From positions 18,820,946 to 18,884,945 of the forward strand of contig NC_092647.1 of assembly GCF_039555335.1 (NCBI RefSeq): DNA of 64,000 nt, read 5' to 3'. The notes below the pieces were generated by a model. It was not told where the DNA came from and did not search any database. It saw only the letters and a program-made list of their open reading frames with translations. A program made the translations under genes and the position numbers. Below, one piece after another: positions 19,678 to 32,470 of the stretch. The stretch is from Amphiura filiformis. Lineage: Eukaryota. Position 1 is the stretch's first letter; each line of letters opens with the position of its first letter.

Positions 19678-21193
19678 CAAACTGTGTAGACTCTCATTCA
19701 TCTGGGTATGTTGAAATTAAGATTTAATTTAAATCTGGTCAACCAGACATACCTATTTTTGACGGACGAACCGACGTTGCGACTGAAACCTTCAGTCTTC
19801 AGCTGGGTTGTGATGCAAATGACCTTGAGTACCGGACACTTCCGGTATTGATGACAATCGACGAGGAATGTCCTTTATGATCCTGTCCCAGCCGTGTGAA
19901 CACTTCATGAACGGACAAACTTGTCTCCTGATCAATTATGTGATCTACTTAGTCTCTGCTTAGATAACACCTACTTTTCGTACAGTGGAAAATTTTACCA
20001 ACAATGTCATGGATGTTCCATGGGTTCGCCCGTCTCACCGATTATCGCTAACTTGTATATGGAAAGATTTGAGCGCATTGCTTTGTCAATTTTTCCCGGT
20101 ATAGCGCCATCTAGATGGTATCGATACGTGGATGATACTTGGATTTTAATTAAATCCAACGAACTTGATAGGTTTTTCAACCACATCAATGAAATCGATC
20201 CCCATATCAAGTTCACGCAGGAAGGAGTGTCAAATAACAAACTCGCGTTTCTTGACTGTTTAGTGTCCGTGGAAGAAGATCGCTCCCTTACTGTGTCTGT
20301 TTATCGAAAACAGACACACACGGACCAGTACCTTCAATTCGGTTCCAATCACCCGCTCATTCAGAAACTCGGCGTGGTCAACACCTTGTTCCACAGAGCT
20401 GAGTCGATCATCACCAAAGACTCAGATAAGATTGCTGAACAACAACATCTTCGCAAAGCGCTGGGTAACTGTGGTTACCAGGACTGGGCCATAAACAAGG
20501 CCTTGAACAAGGACAGCAATAAACCCACCGCCAGTAGCACGAATCAGACGGGGAGAACAACAAGTATTACCATCCCATATCACGGAGACTTATCGGAAAA
20601 ACTCAAAAGAATCTATCGCGACCACGGAATTACCACCCACTTTAAACCAACGAACACGATCCGCCAGTCCTTAGTGCATCCCAAGGACAAGCAGCCCAAG
20701 GGGAGAATCAGTGGAGTGGTCTACGGGGTCCGCTGTTCCGAAGAGCAAGCCTGTCAAGACTCTTACATAGGAGAAACCGCCCAACCTCTTCACAATCGCA
20801 TGTTACAACATCGCAGAGCCAGCTCAGGTGGAAACGACTCATCAGTGTATTTACATTTGAAAGCCACCGGACACCATTTTGACACCAAGGATGTCCGAAT
20901 CCTAGATCGCGAGCATCGTTGGTTTGAGCGTGGAGTGAAAGAGGCAATCTGGGTGAGGGCTGAGCAACCATCCCTCAACCGCGGTGGCGGTGTCCGGGCC
21001 AAACTATCACACGGCTGGGACAGGATCATAAAGGACATTCCTCGTCGATTGTCATCAATACCGGAAGTGTCCGGTACTCAAGGTCATTTGCATCACAACC
21101 CAGCTGAAGACTGAAGGTTTCAGTCGCAACGTCGGTTCGTCCGTCAAAAATAGGTATGTCTGGTTGACCAGATTTAAATTAAATCTTAATTTC
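19678..21193 (+). mobile_element. truncated Penelope-like retroelement with inverted-repeat termini of about 195 bp (19713-19899 versus 21007-21193) and a 10-bp TSD TCTTTTGTAT
   Basis: Inverted repeats are near-perfect. TSD at 19668-19677 and 21194-21203. The right IR encodes the last 36 aa of the ORF. Inserted in a ZF finger. Confidence 0.8.
19921..21114 (+). CDS. Penelope-like RT (C-terminal motifs, YVDD) fused to a GIY-YIG endonuclease
   Basis: GSPVSPIIANLYME, WYRYVDDTWIL, then GVVYGVRC..YIGET (GIY-YIG). Confidence 0.8.
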   Translation: MSPDQLCDLLSLCLDNTYFSYSGKFYQQCHGCSMGSPVSPIIANLYMERFERIALSIFPGIAPSRWYRYVDDTWILIKSNELDRFFNHINEIDPHIKFTQEGVSNNKLAFLDCLVSVEEDRSLTVSVYRKQTHTDQYLQFGSNHPLIQKLGVVNTLFHRAESIITKDSDKIAEQQHLRKALGNCGYQDWAINKALNKDSNKPTASSTNQTGRTTSITIPYHGDLSEKLKRIYRDHGITTHFKPTNTIRQSLVHPKDKQPKGRISGVVYGVRCSEEQACQDSYIGETAQPLHNRMLQHRRASSGGNDSSVYLHLKATGHHFDTKDVRILDREHRWFERGVKEAIWVRAEQPSLNRGGGVRAKLSHGWDRIIKDIPRRLSSIPEVSGTQGHLHHNPAED

Positions 21194-22839
21194 TCTTTTG
21201 TATGATTTTTGTCATGTGTTTTCAAGTCACTAGACTGTGTGAAGCTTTCTTTGCAGTATTGGCACATGTAAAGCTTCCCTTTGGCATGAAGTAGTTTATG
21301 TGTTTTCAAGTTACCTGACTGTGTGAAGCATTTGTTGCAATATTGGCACATGAAAGGCTTCTCTTTCGTATGAATTCGTTCATGTATTTTCAAGTAACCA
21401 GACGTTGTGAAGCCTTTGTTGCAGTATTGGCATATGAAAGGCTTCTCTTTGGTATGAGTTCGTTCATGTGTTTTCAAGTTACCAGACTGTGTGAAGCCTT
21501 TGTTGCAGTATTGACATATGAAAGACTTCTCTTTCGTATGAATTCGTTCATGTCTTTCCAAGTCAACAGACCGTGTGAAGCCTTTGTTGCAGTATTGGCA
21601 TTTATATGGCTTCTCTTTGGTATGAGTTCGTTCGTGTGTTTTCAAGTGATTAGACTGTGTGAAGCCTTTATTACAGTATTGGCATATATAAAGCTTGTCT
21701 TTGGTATGAATTCGTTCGTGTGTTTTCAAGCTATTTGACCGTGTGAAGCATTTGTTGCAATATTGGCACATGTAAGGTTTCTCTTTCTTATGAATTCGTT
21801 CATGTGTTTTTAAGTTCCCAGATTGTGTGAAACCTTTGTTGCAGTATTGGCATATGAAAGGCTTCTCTTTGGTATGGATACGTTCATGCCTTTTCAAGTG
21901 ACAATAATGTGAGAAGCCTTTGTTGCAGTATTGACATGGGTACGGCTTCCCTTTTGTATGAATTTGTTCATGTGTTTTCAAGTCACTAGACTGTGTGAAG
22001 CATTTGTTGCAGTATTGGCATATGTTAAGCTTTCCTTTGGCATGAAGTAGTTCATGTGTTTTCGAGGTACCTGACTGTGTGAAGCATTTGTTGCAATATT
22101 GGCATATGAAAGGCTTCTCTTTCGTATGAATTCGTTCATGTGTTTTTAAGTTCCCAGACGTTGTGAAGCGTTTGTCGCAGTATTGGCATATAAAAGGCTT
22201 CTCTTTCGTATGAATTCGTACATGTATTTTCAAGTAACGAGACTGTGCGAAGCCTTTGTTGCAGTATTGACATATGTTAGGCTTCTCTTTCGTATGAACT
22301 CGTTCGTGTGCTTTCAAGTTACTAGACTGTGCGAAGCCTTTGTTGCAGTATTGACATATGTAAGGCTTCTCTTTCGTATGAATTCGTTCATGTCTTTCCA
22401 AGTCAACAGACTGTGTGAAGCCTTTGTTGCAGTATTGGCATATGTAGGGCTTCTCTTTTGTATTATTTTGTTTATGTACGTTTACCTTACTGATTGAAAA
22501 CGTTTTGTCATAATTTTGACCTTGGTAAAATAACAGTTGCGAATCGTCCTCCTCGTTCGTTTTTTTGCTTGATGAGTCATTACCACGTGTCCATTGGTCA
22601 GGAGAGGGTGACGTCAGAAAACCATCGCTTCTGCTCTTATCGGAGGTATTTATATTTCTGCTTGGAATGGGTATGAACTTCTTCTTATACGAGTAGTCAT
22701 ACCAATATGCACGAATCCACAGCTCATGATGACGCAGATGATGAAGATATCGATGATTATTATTAAAGAACCTTCGTCTGCAATATTTACACACGTGAGG
22801 CATCAGGTAATCCCATTCTCGTGGTCTTCTTAGAGGCAT
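21055..22839 (-). CDS. ZF gene B: N-terminal domain plus about 16 fingers. The last 46 codons (21055-21193) are read-through into the Penelope IR.
   Basis: MPLRRPREWDYLMPHVCKYCRRRFFNNNHRYLHHLRHH... ATG at 22837-22839 preceded by TTTCAG. Confidence 0.75.
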   Translation of the reverse strand: MPLRRPREWDYLMPHVCKYCRRRFFNNNHRYLHHLRHHELWIRAYWYDYSYKKKFIPIPSRNINTSDKSRSDGFLTSPSPDQWTRGNDSSSKKTNEEDDSQLLFYQGQNYDKTFSISKVNVHKQNNTKEKPYICQYCNKGFTQSVDLERHERIHTKEKPYICQYCNKGFAQSSNLKAHERVHTKEKPNICQYCNKGFAQSRYLKIHVRIHTKEKPFICQYCDKRFTTSGNLKTHERIHTKEKPFICQYCNKCFTQSGTSKTHELLHAKGKLNICQYCNKCFTQSSDLKTHEQIHTKGKPYPCQYCNKGFSHYCHLKRHERIHTKEKPFICQYCNKGFTQSGNLKTHERIHKKEKPYMCQYCNKCFTRSNSLKTHERIHTKDKLYICQYCNKGFTQSNHLKTHERTHTKEKPYKCQYCNKGFTRSVDLERHERIHTKEKSFICQYCNKGFTQSGNLKTHERTHTKEKPFICQYCNKGFTTSGYLKIHERIHTKEKPFMCQYCNKCFTQSGNLKTHKLLHAKGKLYMCQYCKESFTQSSDLKTHDKNHTKEKLRFNLNLVNQTYLFLTDEPTLRLKPSVFSWVVMQMTLSTGHFRY

Positions 22840-22922
22840 TCCTGAAATGAATGGTAAATAGCAGTCTGTCTAATTGAGGCAACATTACGAATCTGATAAA
22901 CCATTTCATTATTGGGCTACTT

Positions 22923-23010
22923 CCCAGCAAACCCAAAAATGTTTTGAAAGAGTATAAACGTGTTATAAACACGATTTGGTTTTGGTCAAAACGTTTTAAG
23001 AACAAAAAAT
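22923..23010. mobile_element. MITE-a fragment (CCCAGCAAACCCAAAAATGTTTTGAAAG...) about 84 bp upstream of the gene B ATG
   Basis: Left TIR-like end. The conserved upstream block of the other paralogs is truncated here. Confidence 0.4.
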
Positions 23011-23211
23011 GTAGGTAATGGTGAATCCATCGGACGAGGACCCAAATCAAGTATCAATAGTCATGATGTTACCTTTAATATGAACAACTGGAAAGAAAGA
23101 GAGTAAGGTACTCCAACTTGACGTGGGCAAACAAGTAAAATACAGACTATATAACATTCAATAACTAAATAGCATTTAACTCAATAACATTCAAACGTCG
23201 GGTTATGTAAA

Positions 23212-23345
23212 ACATTATTTAGAGAATAAACAATAGGAATTTTTGTTTTTACTATCCTCTACCGTGTGATAGACGACAGGCAGGTCCAATATCACTACGA
23301 AAAATATATTGTACCTGCCTGTTGTCTATCATCAACCTAGAAAGG
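23212..23345. repeat. hairpin element related to 23700-23885
   Basis: CTACCGTGTGATAGACGACAGGCAGGTCCAATAT and its inverted partner. Confidence 0.5.
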
Positions 23346-23699
23346 CAGCATTTACTTAATTCGCTTCCCTCGGACACATCTAGAGGATGCCAGTATCAGT
23401 AGAGGAGCTCTGTAGAAGGTGAGGCAAACGCCCCCCCCCCCGACAAAACTCTTGCCCCAGTCCCCCCCTCGTAAAAAGCCCAAATTACGAAAAAAAAAAA
23501 AACACCTTTTGCGGTAATTTTGTGCAAAATTTGTTGATTTTGCCCCCCCTTGAAATTCTTTTTACCCCCCCATGTCTGCCCGAAAAAGACCAGGGCTACA
23601 AAGGACAGTTGGGAATACCAACAACGATTTACAACCAGCCTCACTCGCGGAAAAACTTTGTAGTCAGTTGTCTGCGCCGCAGTCGAATGAAACGTCTAA

Positions 23700-23885
23700 T
23701 TAGAGAATAAACGATAGGAATTTTTATTTTGCCTATCCTCTACCGTGTGATAGACGACAGGCAGGTCCAATATTTTGAGTAATGGATGCCGGCGCAGCCG
23801 GTATCCACTACGATAAAAATATTGGACATGCCTGTCGTCTATCATAGGTAGAGTATAGGCAAAATACAAATTCCTATCGTTTATT
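23700..23885. repeat. near-perfect 185-bp palindromic (foldback) element
   Basis: GAGAATAAACGATAGGAATTTTTATTTTGCCTATCCTCTACCGTGTGATAGACGACAGGCAGGTCCAATATT is mirrored by its reverse complement. Confidence 0.65.
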
Positions 23886-24239
23886 CTCATTCTTAGTCAG
23901 TTAAATATTATTTTAATAACTGTAAACAATTTTTTTAAAGCAAAACTAAGTTACCGTTATAAAAACTCCCCTCATTATAAAATGAACGAAGCTTGTTTAC
24001 AACTTCACGTATTCTGTTGCGCGTACTGCTAACTTCTTCCGCACTAGTCTACGCATCCAGCACGATACATACGCGCACCTCTACACGCGTGTTACGCATT
24101 ATCAAGACGCATGACGTGGGGTCGTCTACGGCCTGATAGACGGCACCCGAAATCATGCGATTGTCCAATCAGAAATGTGTCTACGAACTAGACCACTCCC
24201 ACTGACTAAGAATACACTAATATTTAGGCTTAAAGTACT

Positions 24240-25300
24240 AATTCATTTGCGACCATGCGATATGTAAAACGGACAACCGTAAAAAAGGACACCGAAATTG
24301 CTACACTGATTATGAGAAGAAACTAAATTGGCTGAAACTTTGTGTTGTTTTCTTTCTGTTGCATGCAATAGGCTTACATTATCACACGTACACCCATAAT
24401 ATGGTTCAATTGTAACGAGTTTAAGTGAACTTACTTTGAGATGTCGAGTTAAACGTTTCAGTTGTAGATTGCTCACTGTAGTAATCCTTAAATTCACAAT
24501 TATAATAATTCGCTTCGAATGCAGATAACATAAAAAGGTACTTTAAAAGCTACTGGATACGGTGGTTTAGCGTGCTTCTTAAAAATATCACTTCCCTGTC
24601 TATATGCTGCCGCATGAGAGTGAACAATAATACGTTATCTTGTTTTTAGTCAACGCGCGCGTCCAAAGGTCGATTGATATGCATACACGATGTAGAGCCT
24701 TCCGGTGCATTTAGATTCATCTAAATTCCCGGTGGATTATGTGTATTTAGATTGAAGATGTCCAAATAATTGTAATCTGTTTTACATGCACCTTTTCATG
24801 AGAACATGATACCTTACTTCATGATTATGATTGAACTGAAATTACTTTATGGATTTCACAGATTTGTCAGAGGGTAGTTCATAATTACAACGCAGCGTAC
24901 GTGCTATCAATGACTTTCTTTCCATTTTGCTAATTGGTAGATTATATTTTGATACAATTAACATCGTTTAGTTTGGGGCAATTTGTAACACGTCTAATGC
25001 TCTAAAGAAAGAGGGTATACATACATGTACAACATGAACAAAGAACAATAAGGCCGTATAAAATTAATTTGACATTGAAAAAATCTCCCTCCCTCATCAA
25101 TTCAAGAAAATTCTCTAGACGAGAACCAAAGCATCAATTTTATACCGCCTAATATGCGTGAATCAGAAAAAGTATAATCATTCTGTAACAGTTTTACAAA
25201 AGATTTGTGTAAATTTTACTTGATTTCTGTATCTTTTACGCTTAATTGTATCATTTTGATTCCTAGAGATTTCTTTTTTCACATCGGATGTGTCGGCATT
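24240..25300 (+). repeat. spacer segment A copy, ending exactly at the 3' end of pseudogene F
   Basis: Homologous to 9780-10810. Confidence 0.5.
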
Positions 25301-25799
25301 GAAAATAATCACAATTTTAAGTGTAAGGCTTCCCTTTTTGATTAATTTGTTTATGTCTCTTCATGATGTCTGACCTTGTGAAGCCTGTATTGGCATATTT
25401 AACGTTTCTCTTTCGTACGTTCATGTGTTTTCAAGCTACCTCATCATGTGAAGCCTTTGTTGCAGTATTGGCACATTTAGGGGTACACGATGTATTGTTG
25501 GTCGAAGCAGCCAAAATATCGATTTTCATTATCTTATATAATTGAAAAATAACACTTTTGTGTTTTGCAGTAGTTCATTCTACAAATCATATACTTTGAA
25601 AACTTGATTTATTGTTGTTATTTACAAAAGTGTTGTTGTTTCAGCTCTCTTTACAACATAACTCAAATACCTACAAAATTAAATATGTGATATTTGAATT
25701 CTTCTACACACTAGCTATGAAATGATCAATGTAATTTTTGCCAAAGCTCACTACCATTGCAAGATGCTGTGAACTACCAAATCGCAACAGTTTAAAATA

Positions 25800-25800
<1 letters not shown>
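25300..25800 (-). pseudogene. ZF pseudogene F: the conserved upstream block (25480-25800) is fused directly to degenerate terminal fingers, with the N-terminal domain deleted
   Basis: 25480-25800 is homologous to 7700-8070. 25305-25480 holds 2 decayed fingers plus the terminal motif AAGTGTAAGGCTTCCC shared with 47930 and 55925. Confidence 0.5.
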
Positions 25801-26579
<779 letters not shown>

Positions 26580-26580
<1 letters not shown>

Positions 26581-26828
26581 CAAAGGTCATCAAAACGTTT
26601 TTAATACATATTAAAACACACTACAACGAACTTGTTGTCAAAATGTTATTGTAAAATGTTTTTGCAAACATGTTTTAACAAACATTTCGTCAACACCTAA
26701 ATTACATTATGTTATAAAAACGTTTTATACTCTTTATATACACTTTATATAACCCGACATTTACACGTTTTTTGGCAATCTTTTTTAACCTTTTGCGAAC
26801 GTTGTCGGAAACGTGTTGTGTTTGCTGG
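26580..26828. mobile_element. partial MITE-a forming the 3' end of ZF gene C (right TIR at 26817-26828)
   Basis: Same finger/MITE junction sequence as at 18794. Confidence 0.55.
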
Positions 26829-27245
26829 GGCGTCTCTTTGGCATGACTTCTCTCATGTGTTTTCAAGTTACCTGACTTTGTGAAGCCTTTGTTGCAGTAT
26901 TGACATATGTAAGGCTTCATTTTTGTATGAATTCGCTCACGTGATTTCAAGTTACCTAACTGTATGAAGCCTTTGTTGTAGTATTGACATTATGTAAGGT
27001 TTCTCTTTGGTATGGATACATTCATGTCTTTTCAAGCTACCTGACTGTGTGAAGCCTATGTTGCAGTATTGGCATAGGTAAGGCTTCTCTTTAGTATGAA
27101 CTTGCTCATGTGTTTTGAAGTCACTAGACTGTGTGAAGCATTTGCTGCAGTATTGGCATATGTAAAGCTTCCCTTTGGCATGGAGTAGTTCATGTGTTTT
27201 CAACTTACCTGACTTTGTGAAGCCTTTGTTGCAGTATCGGCACAT
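26702..27245 (-). CDS. ZF gene C distal fingers (two ORF pieces, 26952-27245 and 26702-26950, separated by 1-bp indels), ending inside the MITE-a
   Basis: Finger motifs. The C-terminus ..HAKETPQQTQHVSDN.. is encoded by the MITE-a TIR. Confidence 0.6.
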
Positions 27246-28555
27246 GTAAGGCTTCTCTTTGTATGAATTCGTTCATGTGTTTTTAAGTTCCCAGATTGTG
27301 TGAAACCTCTGTTGCAGTATTGGCATATGAAAGGCTTCTCTTTGGTATGGATACGTTCATGCCTTTTCAAGTGACAATAATGTGAGAAGCCTTTGTTGCA
27401 GTATTGACATGGGTACGGCTTCCCTTTTGTATGAATTTGTTCATGTGTTTTCAAGTCACTAGACTGTGTGAAGCATTTGTTGCAGTATTGGCATATGTTA
27501 AGCTTTCCTTTGGCATGAATTAGTTCATGATATTTCAAGCTGCTTGATTGTGTGAAGCTTTTGTTACAGTATTGACATACATATGGCTTTTTGTTGGTAT
27601 GGATTCGTTCATGTGTTTTCAAGTTACTTGACTGTGTGAATCCTTTGTTGCAGTATTGGCATACATATGGCTTTTTGTTGGTATGGATTCGTTCATGTGT
27701 TTTCAAGTTACTTGACCCTGCGAAGCCTTTATTGCAATATTGGCATATGAAAGGCTTCTCTTTCGTATGAATTCGTTCATGTACTTTCAGGTCATCAGAC
27801 CGTGCGAAGCCTTTGTTGCAGTATTGGCATAGGTAAGGCGTTTCTTTCATATGAATTCGTTCATGTCTTTTCAATTCACCAGACTGTGTGAAGCCTTTGT
27901 TGCAGTATTGGCATATGTAAGGTTTCTCTTTCGTATGAATTCGTTCATGTCTTTTTAAGTTCCCAGAGTGTGTGAAGCCTTTGTTGCAGTATTGGCATAT
28001 GAAAGGCGTCTCTTTCGTATGAATTCGTTCATGTGTTTTCAAGTTACCATACTGTGCGAAGCCTTTGTTGCAGTATTGACATATATAAAGCTTCTCTTTG
28101 GTGTGGATTCGTTCGTGTGTTTTCAAGCTACTTGACCGTGTGAAGCCTTTGTTGCGGTATTGGCATATGAAAGGCTTCTCTTTCATATTATTTTGTTCAT
28201 GTACGTTTACCTTACTGATTGAAAACGGTTTGTCATAATATTGACCTTGGTAACATAACAGTTGCGAATCGTCCTCCTCATTCGTTTTTTTGCTTGTTGA
28301 GTCATTACCACGTGTCCATTGGTCAAGAGATGGTGACGTCAGAAAACCATCGCTTCTGCTATCGGATGTATTTATATTTCTGCTTGGAATGGGTATCAAC
28401 TTCTTCTTATAGTCATACCAATATGCACGAATCCACAGCTCATGATGACGTAGATGACGCAGATATCGATGATTATTATTAAAGAACCTTCGTCTGCAAT
28501 ATTTACACACGTGAGGCATCAGGTATTCCCATTCTCGTGGTCTTCTTAGAGGCAT
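27200..28555 (-). CDS. ZF gene C: N-terminal domain plus about 11 fingers
   Basis: ORF of 451 aa. ATG at 28553-28555 preceded by TTTCAG. Confidence 0.8.
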   Translation of the reverse strand: MPLRRPREWEYLMPHVCKYCRRRFFNNNHRYLRHLRHHELWIRAYWYDYKKKLIPIPSRNINTSDSRSDGFLTSPSLDQWTRGNDSTSKKTNEEDDSQLLCYQGQYYDKPFSISKVNVHEQNNMKEKPFICQYRNKGFTRSSSLKTHERIHTKEKLYICQYCNKGFAQYGNLKTHERIHTKETPFICQYCNKGFTHSGNLKRHERIHTKEKPYICQYCNKGFTQSGELKRHERIHMKETPYLCQYCNKGFARSDDLKVHERIHTKEKPFICQYCNKGFAGSSNLKTHERIHTNKKPYVCQYCNKGFTQSSNLKTHERIHTNKKPYVCQYCNKSFTQSSSLKYHELIHAKGKLNICQYCNKCFTQSSDLKTHEQIHTKGKPYPCQYCNKGFSHYCHLKRHERIHTKEKPFICQYCNRGFTQSGNLKTHERIHTKRSLTCADTATKASQSQVS

Positions 28556-28750
28556 TCCTGAAATGAATGGTAAAAAGTAATCTGTCTAATTAAGGCAACA
28601 TTACGAATCTGAGAAAACTATTTCATAATGGGTTACTTGTTAGTTCTACTTTCACGGGACTGTTCCAATTGTATGCCTCCTTGTAGGCGTTTCTGATACA
28701 AATTATATGCGAGGCTATTCTTTACTTGATTTGGAAGTCTATAAAGGCAT
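28556..28750 (-). promoter_or_regulatory. conserved upstream block of gene C
   Basis: About 90% identical to 7524-7700. Confidence 0.4.
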
Positions 28751-28914
28751 ATTCAAGATTTTGAGTTGAAACATTTTTGCACAAATTGTGTTTTATGTTA
28801 CATATACTGTTATTGCATTTAGCGCAGCACAACATCTAGGTCTCATCATCAGCGTACCCACAACTGAGTACATGACAGTCAAATGCAACCCACAGCCACA
28901 GACACGACTTCAAT

Positions 28915-28996
28915 ACAACACAATACACTACAATACAATACAATACAATACAATACAATACAATACAATACAATACAATGCAATACAATACAATAC
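28915..28996. repeat. (CAATA)n microsatellite, about 16 units
   Basis: Read directly. Confidence 0.85.
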
Positions 28997-30809
28997 AAGG
29001 AGTATTTGCGCCATTTCCAAAAGGCTCAGAGCGCTTACAATATAAAAACCTTAAGGGCGTACTACACCCATATATTGGTTTGATTGGTCTAAAAAAATAT
29101 TTTTTCATTTATAGCGAGGCGATATATGCACGGATCATGTGAGATAAAAATTTTTTTAAAAAAATAAATAAAAAAAGGTGCTTTTAAACCATTGTATAGT
29201 AAGTCATTTTAGCCCTATATATTTTTTTGTTTACCGTATCCTGGTAACTCAGATGCGTGTTTCATAACAAACCATAATTTATTCTTTTCAACATGTTCAA
29301 GTAGGGTACATGAATAGAATACATTAAATCCTTTGTTATACTCTCTATAGAAAATCTAGTGGTGCTTGCAAAATATATAACACTGAATAAATTAAATAAA
29401 CACTTACACAATAGATGCATAGTCATTAGTCAATTTGATATTGATGTTGTTATTGATGTGTTGTTAGGAGAAGAAAAGGCTATTAGGTCACCGTATGTCA
29501 GGTTATAGGTCAATTGGTTCAGGTCAAATTTAAGCATCAATTTTGAATACACATGTGAGAGTCTGTGATACAAAATGTATCATAATGAGGAATAATTTTG
29601 ATATTCTGTCTTTAACTGGATATATATCGAGAAGTGCAAGGTGGATATACTAATATACCTTGGGATGTAAATGGTGAGTACAATTTAGAATGCCTAGTTG
29701 AGATAGATTTCACAAATAAATATAAAATAGTTACCAAAATCACAAAAGTTACTCTTACGGAAAAATACTCAATATGGTGGTATAGGCGACAAGAAATACA
29801 ATTTTTTTCAACATTGCTGTAGTATGGTTGTGGTAACCTGTTACCTATGGCTTAATTAAGTTTCAGTGAAATAATGTCGTAAGTTAAAAATACAAAATAT
29901 AGCTCAACATTGAAAATAGAAGCATTTTAACCAGTTCCTTTTTGATAGTTGTGGAGCACCAAGTTCATGAAGTCATAAAAGAAATCAGGAACCACTTATT
30001 CCCATTTTACATATCAACTTTATTTCCCTAACGTGTTAGCAACACATATCCAAAATTTTAACGAAATCCGTTGATATTAAGCTTTCCAAAATGAAGTGAA
30101 TTTAAATCATCAGTGATGTACCACCTTTTGGCTTCTACTTTTAAAAGCATGTGAGCTACGTTGATACCGATGCCACCAATAAAACGAGATGATTTGCCCC
30201 TTCATTTTGCATACCACTTTGTCCAATTTTTTTTGTAATTTCTTCACAAAATGCAAAAAATGCAAAAAAAAAAAATCAATGGGTGTAGTACCCCTTAATA
30301 TTACCACTTAAAACTATACATTTGTATAGGTGCATCTTAAAAAATATAAAATTACAATATCAATTAAAAACAGGTTACGGAAGCAAATAAGTTTTTTCAA
30401 AACCATCAAAACATCCAACAGGAAAAAAATCAACTGGCAACACAGTCAACAAGTCAATCACCAAAAAATCAATAGGTGATTGGATGACCAGTTCACAGTA
30501 CTTAGCAGTCTTCATTCAGTGTTGATAAAGATAACCGAGTGGTTATCGAAACGTACACAGTAAGTGCAATTTATTGGATCAGAAATAGAACCTTTTGATT
30601 GAAGTTTTTTCAGAGCTTTTAAAAACATTTTTGTAGATGAAGATTGTCTAATATAGACAGGTAACTTATTCCACTCTTTTGATGCAGAAACTGTGAAAGT
30701 TCTATCGCCAGCTAATAATCTAGTGATGGGATAGTCAAGACGAAGATACTCATTGCAAAATCGGAGTTGCCTCTTTGGAACATATAATGATAAACAATTT
30801 TTAAATTAG

Positions 30810-31900
30810 CATTTATCCAACTTCAAATATCTGGGATTAACGATGGCCTAGTACCAGCGACCGATCCAGGCGGAAAGCCTGGACTGGTTTTAGGAAGTTA
30901 GTGCACCTTCGAAGAAGTCCATCAATCTCCATCGTAATTAAAATCAGGCTTTTCAACACCAACCAGAGATGCTATTGCCTCAGTAGTTGTGGATCGTGGA
31001 GAAACTTTGTAGTCGTCTGCTCTGAATTCAAATGAAATGAAATAATGCCAAACGTCTCATAGTACTTAAATAATAAATTTTCACCTTTCAATATTTACTT
31101 TTCTTCAACAATCCCAATAAACATACATATGAAAGGAAGTAACCCAACAATATACTTAGCATGATCGTCGTGTAAAACAGCCAACATTTACAGTATTTAG
31201 CAAATAATTTAAGTGGGTGTTGTTGATGTATTTATCAAAAGCGCACTCTGCCAATTAAATTATAATGAACTTTTAAACAAAACTGGATTCAACATCTCGC
31301 CCAAAGTGATAACATTACCCACTGTTCAGTAGCCACTTGATTATTACGAATACTTCAGTCAGTGTGCTATGTTTAAAATGACCATCTAAAGTGACAAACT
31401 AAAAATATTCACGTTTTGTGTAAATATTTTTGAAAAACATTAGGACTCCAGACTGGGTCCAGACTCATATCCAGTAGGCTGAAAGTACTTATTATGTTGT
31501 GTCAACTAGACCATCATGACCATGTGATGTACAAAACAGAGAACCGTAAAAAAGGACAACGGAATTGCTATACTGCACATGAATTCTATGGTGTTCTTGA
31601 TGTAGTTACATCAATCGCACTCTGTCAATTAAATCATAATACATTTCTGAACAGAACTGGATTCAACATCTCGCTCAAAGTGTTAACATTACCCACTGTT
31701 AATGGAACTCAATAGCCACATGATCATTTCTAAAGTGACAAACCGAATACGTTCACGTTTTGTGTAAATGTTTTTGAAAAACATTATGGAGCTATAATCA
31801 GGAGCTATAATCACAGACCCAACAGTCATATCAAACGGATTCAACGATTTCTTTGTTAATGTAGGACCTAAATTAGCATCTCCTATTCCACTGATTTCTT
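30810..31900 (+). repeat. spacer segments B+A copy with an internal duplication of about 160 bp, truncated by the LINE-2 insertion
   Basis: Homology to 8278-8520 and 9480-9800. 31190-31450 and 31600-31800 duplicate each other. Confidence 0.5.
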
Positions 31901-32470
31901 GCGTACATTGGAAACGACACCCCCTGGTTCAAAAGCCGTTGTTGACTGTGGTATCTCCGCACAATTATGCAGGCATCTGGACTCTAAATCTTCTCCGTTA
32001 TCCTTGTCCTTTTCATCAGAATCCGCTTCAAAGTTCTCAATCACAACCTAACAGAAAAACTAAGCGCTGGAAAAAGCGTGGAAAAAAAGGTGGTCGCAAA
32101 TCACGACTACAGAACCTTGAACCAAACCCCATCCCCGTGCTCATAACTACTAGACTGGTTTCACCCACCCATTGTCAGTCTTCTGTAAATCACAAGTTCT
32201 TGCGTTCATTTCAAAGACAAAATGATAGAAATGTTAACATTCGACAATGGAACGCACGCTCAGTCCGTAAGAAAACTGTGGCAATTAGCGAAAACATCAT
32301 TGAAAACGATGTTGACATTTTCGTGATCACCGAAACTTGGCTTGCTGAAGACGACCCAGTAGTGATAGGCGAACTGCTACCCCCCGGGTATTCATTTATG
32401 AATTTCCCCAGAAAAAGTAGTGAGCATGGCGGTATTGGTATTGTTCACAAAACCCAACTGAGCCTTCAGA

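Larger units (their letters stand above)
18727..22839 (-). pseudogene. ZF gene B, disrupted by a Penelope-like element (19678-21193) and a SINE-like insertion (19231-19501), and terminated by a MITE-a
   Basis: A continuous finger array can be followed across 21194-22839, 19502-19677 and 18795-19230 with the same 84-bp periodicity on either side of each insertion. Confidence 0.65.

Noticed and set aside
28788-29108. Three overlapping ORFs with YNTIQYNTIQ and IVLYCIVLYC repeats
   Set aside because: Translations of the (CAATA)n microsatellite.
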